Origin: Thermomicrobiales bacterium
Lineage (GTDB): Bacteria; Chloroflexota; Chloroflexia; Thermomicrobiales; CFX8
Assembly: GCA_041390865.1 (NCBI GenBank)
Contig: JAWKPC010000002.1
Location: 214,022-278,021 of the forward strand
Direction of reading: 5' to 3'
Length of the DNA: 64,000 nucleotides
Part shown: in pieces, positions 27,748 through 36,335 of the stretch
Position numbering within the stretch: the first letter of the stretch is position 1
Layout of the letters: each line of letters starts with the position of its first letter
Notes under the pieces: model-generated
Seen by the model: only the letters and a program-made list of their open reading frames with translations
Told to the model about the DNA's origin: nothing
Databases searched by the model: none
Program-made: the position numbers and the translations under genes

Positions 27748-28536
27748 CTACCAGAGCGACCGGATCATCCCGCCATCGACCTGAAGCGTCGCGCCGGTGA
27801 TGTAGCTGGCGGCGTCGGACGCGAGGAAAACTGCTGCGTTCGCAAACTCCTCGGCCTCGCCGTAGCGTCCCATCGGGATATTGCCAAGCTGCTGCCGGGT
27901 CACGGTATCGATGTCGACGCCCTGCCGTTCGGCGTTCGCCCGGTCAAGCTCCTCGATCCGCTGTGTCGCGATCCGGCCCGGGACCAGGTTGTTGACCCGG
28001 ATCTTGTCGCCGGTCAGCTCGTCGGCAAGCGTCTTCGCCAGCGCCGAGACGCCGGCCCGCATGACGTTCGAGAGTAGGAGATTCGGAATCGGCTGCTTGA
28101 TCGACGATGAGGTCATCGCGACGATCGATCCCCCGCCGCGTTTCTGCATCTCGGGGATCGTCCGGCGAATCAGCCGCACGGCGCTCATCAGCGTCAGCTC
28201 GAAGGCATTCTGCCAGGCGTCATCATCGAACCGGTCGAACGTCCCGGCCGGCGGCCCGCCGGCGTTCGTGACCAGCACGTCGATACCGCCAAACCGCTCC
28301 GAGGCGGACGAGATCAATCGCTCGATGTCGTCGGGCTGGGTCACATCGATCTCCAGCGCCAGCACCTCGGCTCCGGTGTCGCGGACATCAGCCGCGGCTG
28401 CCTCGATTCGCTCCTGGCTCCGGCTGCACATGACGACGTTAGCGCCTTCGCGGCCGAACGCCCTGGCGATGGCTTTCCCGAGCCCGGCGCTCGATGCGGT
28501 CACGACGGCGACTTTCCCGTTGAGTCCGGTATCCAT
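27748..28536 (-). CDS. SDR family oxidoreductase (3-oxoacyl-ACP reductase-like)
   Basis: The start is set at ATG 28536 (MDTGLNGKVAVVTASSAGLGKAIA, TGxxxGxG-type). Also present: NAGG and the C-terminal ASYITGATLQVDGG. Confidence 0.85.
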   Translation of the reverse strand: MDTGLNGKVAVVTASSAGLGKAIARAFGREGANVVMCSRSQERIEAAAADVRDTGAEVLALEIDVTQPDDIERLISSASERFGGIDVLVTNAGGPPAGTFDRFDDDAWQNAFELTLMSAVRLIRRTIPEMQKRGGGSIVAMTSSSIKQPIPNLLLSNVMRAGVSALAKTLADELTGDKIRVNNLVPGRIATQRIEELDRANAERQGVDIDTVTRQQLGNIPMGRYGEAEEFANAAVFLASDAASYITGATLQVDGGMIRSLW

Positions 28537-28667
28537 CCTGAGTCCTTTCGTTCGTGTGACACGATAGCGCGAATCCCGCGATGGTGGCCCGGTACGCTGC
28601 CTCCGAAATACAGGACGTTGGTTGATGTACTCCCGAACCGCCGCATGGAACACGCCAACCTCGCTCG

Positions 28668-28834
28668 GTCATTCTGAGCCACGCGGAGAATCCGAACTGA
28701 ACTGCGAATGGAGACTCGTCCGCTCTGACGGAGCGGGCGATGTTCTGGAGCCAGGACAACGGCATATGAGCAGCGCCGCGCCGGCGATTCCTGCGGCCGG
28801 ATCGAGTCGGATTCTTCGCGCGGCTCAGAATGAC
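28668..28834. repeat. REPIN-like element E1: two inverted copies of a hairpin-forming 26-mer separated by ~115 nt
   Basis: The left arm GTCATTCTGAGCCACGCGGAGAATCC (28668-28693) matches the reverse complement of 28809-28834 (GTCATTCTGAGCCGCGCGAAGAATCC) at 24 of 26 positions. Each arm is itself a stem-loop (ATTCT / AGAAT). Confidence 0.7.
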
Positions 28835-28944
28835 GTGGATGGTAGGGGATCGGAGTTCTTGAAGGGGATACTCGACCGAAGCGGAAATGCAAGTAATCCG
28901 GAACGCCGGCAGCCTTCAACTTCGAGATGGACCGAGATCACCGC

Positions 28945-28989
28945 TTGACACTTACAAATTTCTCTGTATGATGTACAAACAGATTTGTA
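28945..28989 (+). promoter_or_regulatory. Sigma70-like promoter and palindromic operator upstream of the ArsR-family gene
   Basis: TTGACA (28945-28950), a 16-nt spacer, then TATGAT (28967-28972). A perfect inverted repeat TACAAA-CAGA-TTTGTA lies at 28974-28989, with a direct repeat TGTATGATG x2. The patch is locally AT-rich, and a GGTGAGAGG Shine-Dalgarno sequence precedes ATG 29009. Confidence 0.55.
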
Positions 28990-29008
28990 TGATGGTGAGA
29001 GGTACGAC

Positions 29009-29623
29009 ATGCGCGAGGTGCTCTACATCGACGACGTGGAACGGGCAGGAGCGCTGCTCAAGCCGCTACGGGTCGAGTTACTGCGACGGATGACCGAACC
29101 TCGGACCTGCCCGGAACTGGGCGAGGAGCTAGGTGAGACCCCCCAGAAGATCTACTACCACGTCAAGGTGCTCGAAAAAGCCGGCCTCGTCGAAAAGGTC
29201 GCCGAGCGCCGGATGGGCGGGATCAACGAGGGGCAGTACCAGGCTTCTGCCCGGAGCTACTGGATGTCGCCCCAACTGGTGGGACAGGTCGGCGATGCGG
29301 GAACTGCCCGCGACCAGCTCAGCCTCGGCTACATCCTCGGCATCGCCGAGCAGCTCCAGTCCGACATCGGACAGCTCTCAAGGCGGGTCGGCGAGGATAC
29401 GCCGTCACTCGGACTCTCGGCCGAGATCTATCTCGAGGACGGCCAGCGCCGGGCGGACTTCCTCAATGAGGTCCGAGACGCCGTTCAGGGTATCGCCGAG
29501 AAGTACGGCCAGGTCACCGGCATCGAGTGCGATCCCCAGTCGTACCGGCTGATGATCGCCTGCTATCCGGCTCCCGATGACGCCCGAGGGGAACGCGGCG
29601 ACGATGAACCGAGAAGGAGATGA
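29009..29623 (+). CDS. ArsR-family winged-helix transcriptional regulator
   Basis: LLKPLRVELLRRMTEPRTCPELGEELGETPQKIYYHVKVLEKAGLVEKV is a typical ArsR/SmtB HTH. It is followed by a C-terminal extension of unknown function. Confidence 0.8.
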   Translation: MREVLYIDDVERAGALLKPLRVELLRRMTEPRTCPELGEELGETPQKIYYHVKVLEKAGLVEKVAERRMGGINEGQYQASARSYWMSPQLVGQVGDAGTARDQLSLGYILGIAEQLQSDIGQLSRRVGEDTPSLGLSAEIYLEDGQRRADFLNEVRDAVQGIAEKYGQVTGIECDPQSYRLMIACYPAPDDARGERGDDEPRRR

Positions 29624-29834
29624 CGACGACGTCAAACCCAGCAGCCGGAGCCAGGAATCCCGACGCAGCGGCCGCGCAAGCAGGGGGGTCGGCAGACCGA
29701 AGTGAGGCAATGACCGATGGATGAGAAGAAAGCCCCGGAAGACCGGGATCAGGACAACGCGCAACGGCGCACGAAACCATGTCTGGCGGCGCTGGCCGAA
29801 CAGCGGAGTGGGCAAGAGAAAGGAAAACCCGAGG

Positions 29835-30713
29835 GTGGCAAAGACGATTCGCGTTAGTGTGACAGTGACGGCGGACCCGTCGCAGGCGTTCGAGACCTAC
29901 ACCGACCCGGAGCAGATGATCTGCTGGCTCTGCGAGGGGGCAGCGATCGACCTGGACAACGGCGCCTTCGCCCTCTGGGGTTCAAGCATCCCCGGCGTCC
30001 CGGAAGGCAATGACGGCAACATGCATCTGGTTGACGCAGTGCCGGATCGCCGCCTGGAAGTTGCCTGGAAACTGCTCGACGACGACACGACCTTCACCGT
30101 CACCTTTGAACCGCAAGGTGACGCAACGAAAGTCGGGTTCGAGCACACCGGCATCGAGGACAACGACTGGGCCTGGACGGTCGGCAGCTTCTGGGCGACG
30201 CAGGCGGAGAACTTTCGCGCCTGGATCGAGCGCGGCGTCGCCGGCCCGCGCTTTGACTACCGCACCCTGGCGCCGGGCGACATCGAGGTCTCGGCCGAGA
30301 TCGACGCCCCGGCCGGCGAGGTGTTCAAGGCGTTGATTGACCCCGAGATGGTCGGCCAGTGGATGATGTCGGACAACGTGACGATCGAGCCGGAGGTCGG
30401 CGGCAGCTACGACCTGGCAGGCTGGGACCAGGACGGGCCAGTCAAGATCGTCGATCTGGACCCCGACGAGAAGCTCTCCTACTCCTGGCATTCGGACTGG
30501 GTCGGCCACGAAACGCTCGTTACCTGGGAGCTGGCGGAATCGGCGGGCAAAACCCGCCTGACGCTCGTCCACAGCGGCTTTGCGCCCGACGCCCGCCACG
30601 ACTCCTACCGGACCGGCTGGCTCGGTTTCCTCGTCCAGATCAAGTACCTCGTCGAGGAGGGACCGGATCGGAGCCCGGTCGATTGGGAGATCATCGACGC
30701 GGTGGCGGTGTAA
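29835..30713 (+). CDS. SRPBCC superfamily protein with two AHSA1/START-like domains
   Basis: GTG 29835 gives VAKTIRVSVTVTADPSQAFETYTDPEQMICW, and a second copy follows (IEVSAEIDAPAGEVFKALIDPEMVGQWM...TRLTLVHSGF). An ArsR gene followed by an SRPBCC gene is a common pairing. Confidence 0.75.
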   Translation: MAKTIRVSVTVTADPSQAFETYTDPEQMICWLCEGAAIDLDNGAFALWGSSIPGVPEGNDGNMHLVDAVPDRRLEVAWKLLDDDTTFTVTFEPQGDATKVGFEHTGIEDNDWAWTVGSFWATQAENFRAWIERGVAGPRFDYRTLAPGDIEVSAEIDAPAGEVFKALIDPEMVGQWMMSDNVTIEPEVGGSYDLAGWDQDGPVKIVDLDPDEKLSYSWHSDWVGHETLVTWELAESAGKTRLTLVHSGFAPDARHDSYRTGWLGFLVQIKYLVEEGPDRSPVDWEIIDAVAV

Positions 30714-30988
30714 CACCCGTTTTAGTGTCTACCCCTAGCAAGAATGCATGGAGGGCGACCGAGCTGATCGCCCTCCATGCTTCACGCTGGCGCTGGGCTA
30801 TTTCATTCCTGGCTGCTCCACCCGATTCCGGGTAGTCCTGTCGAAGTGCGCGACTTGTCCTGCCCAGCCACCAGGCGTCTTTGCGGGAGCAGTCAATCCG
30901 ACGTACTTCTCGTTTGGGGGGGGACAGGTGCGCACTTCCGGATTCGGACATTCGGCGCCTTCAGGCACACTCTAGGGTTCCTCAATTG

Positions 30989-31125
30989 GCATCCCGAGGA
31001 ACGAGGGATCCACGAGCATCACCCTTTGGCAATGAGGAAACCGAACCCTGGCTATTGCCCATGCCAGGCTTTGGCTCTACGAAACTGCACTGTCGCGCTG
31101 CTGGATCCCTCATTTCTCGAGATGC
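30989..31125. repeat. REPIN-like element E3: inverted hairpin pair
   Basis: Left arm GCATCCCGAGGAACGAGGGATCC (30989-31011). The reverse complement of 31103-31125 is GCATCTCGAGAAATGAGGGATCC. The arm stems are ATCCC / GGGAT. Nested hairpins lie in the 91-nt spacer. Confidence 0.65.
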
Positions 31126-31170
31126 AAAGACGGGGATGCGGGGTCGATCCGGGGACACGGCAGCTAGCGA

Positions 31171-31209
31171 CCCACAAAGAGAACCGGCGGCCCGCTAAGG
31201 CCGCCGGTT
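31171..31209 (-). terminator. Rho-independent terminator downstream of the MMPL gene
   Basis: An 11-bp stem AACCGGCGGCC / GGCCGCCGGTT (31182-31209) with loop CGCTAA, followed on the minus strand by CTCTTTGTGGG. Confidence 0.6.
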
Positions 31210-31234
31210 GGAACTGGGGAATGATGGAGGTTGG

Positions 31235-33538
31235 TTAGTCGGCGATTGCCGGCGACGGGGCCAGGCCCGGTTCTTCTTCGGCAAGCGGGGCCGGGGTGGC
31301 AGGAGTCGGATTGCCTTCGATGTGGATCTCGGGCAACCAGGCAAGCCACGACGGCAGATACCAGTTGCGCTCGCCCAGCAAGGCCATCGACGCCGGGACG
31401 AGCACCATCCGGACGATCGTCGCGTCGAGGATGACCGCCACCGCCAGGCCGAAGCCGAACTGCTGCATCGCCGTCAGGTCCGCCGCTGCGAAGCCGCCGA
31501 AGACACCTACCATGATCAACGCCGCGCCGGTGATCAGCCGCCCGGTCGAGCGCAGCCCGGCTGCGACCGACTGCTCGTTGTCGCCGGTGATGTCGAAGTG
31601 TTCCTTGATCCGGCTCAACATGAAGACGTGGTAGTCCATCGACAACCCGAAGACGATCGTGAAGAGCACCATCGGGACGAAGGCGTCGATCCGCTCGACC
31701 TGACGGACTCCGAAGAGGTCGGCGCCGACACCGTGCTGGAATACCAGCACCAGCAACCCATAGGAGGCGAAGACCGACAACAGGTTCATGATCATTGCCT
31801 TGACCGGGATCACGATCGAGCGGAAGGCCATCAGCAGGAGCACGAAGCTGATCGAGAGGACGAAGGCGAAGATGATCGGGAGATAGGTCCGGACCAGTCC
31901 GGTGATGTCGATGATGAAGGCGGTGTCGCCAGTAACGTGAGCGTCGGCTTCAATCGCGTCGAATTCAGCCGGGATGTACTCGCTCCGGAGCCGCTCGACC
32001 GCGTCGATCGCCTGGTTGCTCTCGCCGTCGGCAGTAAGCGCGACATCGATCCGCATCAGGTCGTTGTTCCCGGACGTCTCGTACGTTACCGCGCCGAATG
32101 CGCTGTCGTTCGCGATGCTGGCGACCAGGTTATCGACCGCCTTCCCGACCTCGGCGGTCGTGACGTCCGGAGCCTCGATGACGATCGTCGCGGGCTGGTA
32201 ATCCGCGCCGGGGAACTCGCTCTGGAAGACGTTGTACGCCTCGACGGTCTTGGAGTCTTCCGGAAGAATCGACAGGCTTCCGTAGCCCATGCTCAGGGAG
32301 AAGGCGAAGGCGCCGAGGAAGATGAGCAGGCCGGCTGAGGCCGTCAGGCTGACCACCGGGCGGCGCATGACCGTCTTCGAGATCCAGTTCCAGAACCCGG
32401 AGCTGGCCGTCGACATCCGGTCGTTAGTCGCTCGCTGGTAGCCGATGAATGGAACCTTGCCCCGATCGATCCGGTCTCCGAGCAGGCCGACAACGGCCGG
32501 GAGCAGCGTCAGCGTCATCAGGACCGAGACGACGACGACGAGGATCGCGCCGGTACCCAGGCTGGTTAGAACGTTCCAGGGCACGATCATCATGCCCATC
32601 AGCGACACGACGACGGTCATGCCGGAGAACAGCACGGCCTTGGTCGACGTCTCGCCGGCCCGGGTGATCGCGTCAATGACGTCCAGTCCGTGCTCGCGTT
32701 CCTCACGGTATCGCGAGAGGATGAAGAGGGCATAGTCGACGCCGACAGCCAGGCCGATCATGAAGATCATCGTCGCAGCAGCTTCGTTGATGCTGGTCAG
32801 GAACGAGGTCGCCATCGCGAGCCCCATCGTCACGAGAATCGCGACGAAGGTGAGCAGGATCGGCAGTCCGGCGGCAATCAGCGTCCCGAACACGACGGCC
32901 ATGACGATCAGGGCGATGACCATGCCGATCGATTCGCCTTTGAAGATGCCTTCTTCGCCGGTCGTCGTGATCGTGTCGGTAACGCTGACATCGCCGAGAT
33001 TCAGCACTTCAAAGCCGGGAGCTGGCTCCTCGAGCTCGCGAATCGTCTCGACCACCGGCAGCGCGTCGTCGATCGCCAGTGCCGGGTCGCCCGCCAGCGA
33101 CGCGACGACGACGGTGCGATGCCGGTCGAACGACACCAGGCTTTCTTCGCCCGACTCGTAGTAGGTCGTCACATCCGAGACGAGCGCTCCGTGCGCCTCG
33201 ATCTCAGCAACGACGCCTTCGACGACCGTTTGAAATGCCGGCTCGTCTACCGTGGCATCAGCCGAGCTGACGATCACGAACTCCTGGGCCGGATCCTCAA
33301 CGCCGTTGTTGAGCCGTTCGGCAATCAGGTCAACGGCGGTCATCGCTTCGAGGTCTGTCCGGATCTCGTCCTCGGCCGTGAAGCGGTTCCCGGCGATCCC
33401 GACCGTCGCCAGTCCGATGATCAGCACCGCCGCCCAGACGGCGATGATCTTCCAGGGATGCCCGGCGGACCAGCGGGCCATTCGCCCGGTAATCCCCGCC
33501 GGGGTTCCATTTCCAGTTCGCATGTTGTTCCATGCCAT
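31235..33538 (-). CDS. MMPL family (RND superfamily) membrane transporter
   Basis: ATG 33538 lies 8 nt after GGAGG. The protein has two 6-TM bundles, each preceded by a large extracytoplasmic loop. Motifs include AGLPILLTFVAILVTMG, GVDYALFILSRYREE and GLSMDYHVFMLSRIKE. Confidence 0.85.
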   Translation of the reverse strand: MAWNNMRTGNGTPAGITGRMARWSAGHPWKIIAVWAAVLIIGLATVGIAGNRFTAEDEIRTDLEAMTAVDLIAERLNNGVEDPAQEFVIVSSADATVDEPAFQTVVEGVVAEIEAHGALVSDVTTYYESGEESLVSFDRHRTVVVASLAGDPALAIDDALPVVETIRELEEPAPGFEVLNLGDVSVTDTITTTGEEGIFKGESIGMVIALIVMAVVFGTLIAAGLPILLTFVAILVTMGLAMATSFLTSINEAAATMIFMIGLAVGVDYALFILSRYREEREHGLDVIDAITRAGETSTKAVLFSGMTVVVSLMGMMIVPWNVLTSLGTGAILVVVVSVLMTLTLLPAVVGLLGDRIDRGKVPFIGYQRATNDRMSTASSGFWNWISKTVMRRPVVSLTASAGLLIFLGAFAFSLSMGYGSLSILPEDSKTVEAYNVFQSEFPGADYQPATIVIEAPDVTTAEVGKAVDNLVASIANDSAFGAVTYETSGNNDLMRIDVALTADGESNQAIDAVERLRSEYIPAEFDAIEADAHVTGDTAFIIDITGLVRTYLPIIFAFVLSISFVLLLMAFRSIVIPVKAMIMNLLSVFASYGLLVLVFQHGVGADLFGVRQVERIDAFVPMVLFTIVFGLSMDYHVFMLSRIKEHFDITGDNEQSVAAGLRSTGRLITGAALIMVGVFGGFAAADLTAMQQFGFGLAVAVILDATIVRMVLVPASMALLGERNWYLPSWLAWLPEIHIEGNPTPATPAPLAEEEPGLAPSPAIAD

Positions 33539-33871
33539 GTCGTCAACCTCCATCGGTTGTTTCCCGTCCGGCCCCCTCGCTGGAGCCTGAATACAGGATG
33601 GCGGTTCGACGGGGTTGAGACATTGGCGGAAAGTTAAGGTTGAGGGTTTATTTCTCGAGTTGAGAGCGCCGGCGAGCGGGCAACGCCTATCCGCCACCCG
33701 CCGTTGGACGGATAGCCGACGGAGAGAGTGACATCGACGGTTGAGGAGGGCGGTTCACTGTTCAGCGGACAAGGGAAGAGACGCACCGCATCGCGTGAGA
33801 GGTTCGAACGATCACATTGCTACGCCGGTTAAGCCTCGCCCCGACACTGTTTCACCCTGACGCGGATCGAT

Positions 33872-34073
33872 CATCCCCGTTGATTGAGATCGGGATGCCC
33901 GGCACTAGTGGTTTGTGACATGTGATCTGATCTACTACCCTGCGCGTCCCGGGCGACTCCACAGTAGCAAGCGTGTCATTTCGAGCGGAGCGAGAAATCT
34001 CGGTCGAACCCCAGAGACGCGCTACCCTGAGATTTCTCACCCCGCTTTCTACGGGTACCCGGGTCGAAATGAC
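33872..34073. repeat. REPIN-like element E2 plus an extra related hairpin
   Basis: Hairpin CATCCC-N14-GGGATG at 33872-33897. Left arm GTCATTTCGAGCGGAGCGAGAAATCTC (33975-34001). The right arm (34029-34073) is its inverted copy with an internal insertion. The arm stems are ATTTC / GAAAT. Confidence 0.65.
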
Positions 34074-34138
34074 AACTTGGGTGCTACTGGGCTTTCCGGG
34101 ATTGATCACGAGCTTGTCGGATGATGCGTCACGAACGA

Positions 34139-36229
34139 CTATCCGGCCGGAGCGATCGAGACCGGGCCGGCGGAGATCGTGCCCTCTTCGCAGACGATGG
34201 CGACGGCGCCGCCGGTCAGATGGTCGTCGTCCACGACGTCGAAGACTTCCCGGCCGTTGACGCTGGCACGCAACCGCATCCCGACCGCCTCAAGCGAAAG
34301 CTCGATCGGCTCCCAGAACGTCCAGTCCAGCCTGGTCTCGGCCAGAACAGTTCGCTCGCCTCTGACCCGCAGCAACTGAACGCGGTTGCCGGAAGCAAGC
34401 ATCAGGGCGTAATAGCGCCGCATGCCCTGGACCTCACGGCGAGTCCCGCACGTGCGGTCATCTCCGGGATCACCGTTGTCGTTGCGCGGTAGTCGCGCCA
34501 GTCACGAGTCCCCTGGATGAGCAGGCCGGTTCCCTGGTTCTGGATAACCCTATGCGGATGAGGGTTGTTCCACTCGACGCGATCCGCACCGTTGACCCAG
34601 GCCCGCTGCCAGGCCGTACCGGCGGACGGCGAGGCAAGCGTCACCTCGGGCGCGCCCGACCAGTCGAGCCAGTCGAGCAGAATCCTGCCGTCGACCGGCG
34701 ACCCGGATACAACCTCAAGCCCCACGTCGGCTATCGGCTGGCCGGACGTGTCGGGAATCCGCCACGCGATCTGACCGGCCGCTCCCGGCTCCAGCGTCGC
34801 CGCCTCGCTGTGCAGCGCGGTCAGACCGTTTAGCTCGTCGTAGACCCGGACGATCAGGCGGCAATCAACCGGTTGAGCGTTCGTCCCGGACGCGGAAACG
34901 CTGGCCCGGATCGTCTGGCCCGGATAGAGCGTCGGGCAGGCGAGCAGAGAGTAGCGTTCCATTGCAAGGTCCGACGGAGGTATGAAGGTCGGAGTGATCA
35001 CCCTCGCTACCCGGCCCGGCGCGACGCCCCTGAAGTCGATCGCCAGGGATCGCCCGTCGCCATGCTCGACGTTCTCCAACGTCGCGACGCCGCGTGCGTC
35101 CGGCGCCCCGTCGGATCGGAAGCCCTGAACCGCCCCGGGAAAGCCGAAGTTGAAGCGAGGTCCGGGTTCGACTTCCGGCTCGCCGGTCAGGGCGCGGGCG
35201 ATGTTGATGACCTTCGCCGCCTCGCGTACCGCATCGGTGATCGACTCTCCTCCGTCGGCGCTGGAGACGTACATCCGGTCTGCAACCGGACCGCGCCAGT
35301 CCGGGCCCTTGTCGATCCCGGCCAGTCCGTTCTTGATCCCCATCAGGCAGCCGACGTTGCCCGAGTTGCAATCGGTATCCCAGCCGCAGGTGTTCGCGAT
35401 CATCAGCGTACGCTGGAAATCGTCGTCTCCGTGCAGCAATGCCAGGATGACGATCGCATGGTTCGGGACGATGTGGCAGGAGCCGAGATACCGGTCATAG
35501 CCATAGCGCTGCTCAACTCTACGAAACGTCTCGCGCCAATCGGCACTCCGCCCGCGCCACTCCCGGAGATCGCCAATCAGCCGGGCGATGGTCGAGTCGA
35601 TCGGGATGAACGAGAGGCCGGTGTCCAGTAGACGGTCTAGATCCGGCTCGACGAAGGCAAGCGACTCCATCGCGGCGATCACCTGCGCCCCGTAGATCGC
35701 CTCGCCATCATGGCTGACGCTGGCGGCCCGCCGTGCCAGGTCGGCGGCGAGCTCAGGGTCGCCGGGTGCAACCATCGCCCATCCGTCGATGAAGATCTGG
35801 GCGCCGATCTGCTCGGCGATCACTTGCGAGTTGAGCCCGATCGAACCGCTCTCGGGGGCCTGAATGCCGGCCTTCAGGCGCAGGAACGCCGTGTGCTCGG
35901 TCGACATCCCGAGCCCGCCCCACCAGAGAATGGCCCTCTCCTCTATAAGGTAGTTGAGCCAGCTGTCGCCGATCTGGGCGGCAGTCAGATCCCGGTTGTT
36001 GCCGTTGTCCGCCAGCGCGCGGAGGAAGGTGAACGTCCCGGATATATCGTCGTCCGTGACGACCAGCGGCTGCCCGAAATGCTCGTTGGTGTAGTAGTTG
36101 ACCTCGCCAAGCTCGGCCATCACCCGCTCGTGGGGCCAACCCTCGAAGTTGCGTCCGAGATAGACCCCGATGATCTTCCCCGAGCACCCCGGCATAGACG
36201 CGCTCGGCGTAGTCAGGCGGCAACGGCAT
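34139..36229 (-). CDS. ADP-ribosylglycohydrolase family protein with C-terminal beta-sandwich (LamG/DUF1080-like) extension; two frame breaks
   Basis: The N-terminus MPLPPDYAERVYAGVLG (ATG 36229) continues after a C4 run (36178-36181) as KIIGVYLGRNFEGWP. Family blocks include GAQVIAAMES and NTCGWDTDCNSGNVGCLMG. The tail continues after ~34432 as MRRYYALMLASGNRVQLLRVRG...GAVAIVCEEG. Confidence 0.7.
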
Positions 36230-36335
36230 CGGCTTCTCCCAGTACTCCCGCAGATTGGCGCGATCGCGCTCGGCTCAGAAACCTGTCCCGCGTATCATCG
36301 CACGATGCGGGGCCTGGCCGTGACGCGCGTCGGGA

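Noticed and set aside
29721-29834. ATG 29721 as the start of the SRPBCC protein
   Set aside because: It would add a 38-aa hyper-basic extension (MRRKPRKTGIRTTRNGARNHVWRRW...) with no counterpart in the family. GTG 29835, directly before the conserved TIRVSVTV block, fits better.
31208-33637. Plus-strand ORFs 31208-32338 (376 aa) and 32690-33637 (315 aa)
   Set aside because: They are antisense to the MMPL transporter. Their extreme Asp/Arg/His content is not protein-like.
33780-33810. tRNA-like T-arm sequence GGTTCGAAC
   Set aside because: No acceptor stem, D-arm or anticodon arm can be built around it. I found no tRNA or tmRNA signatures anywhere in the window.
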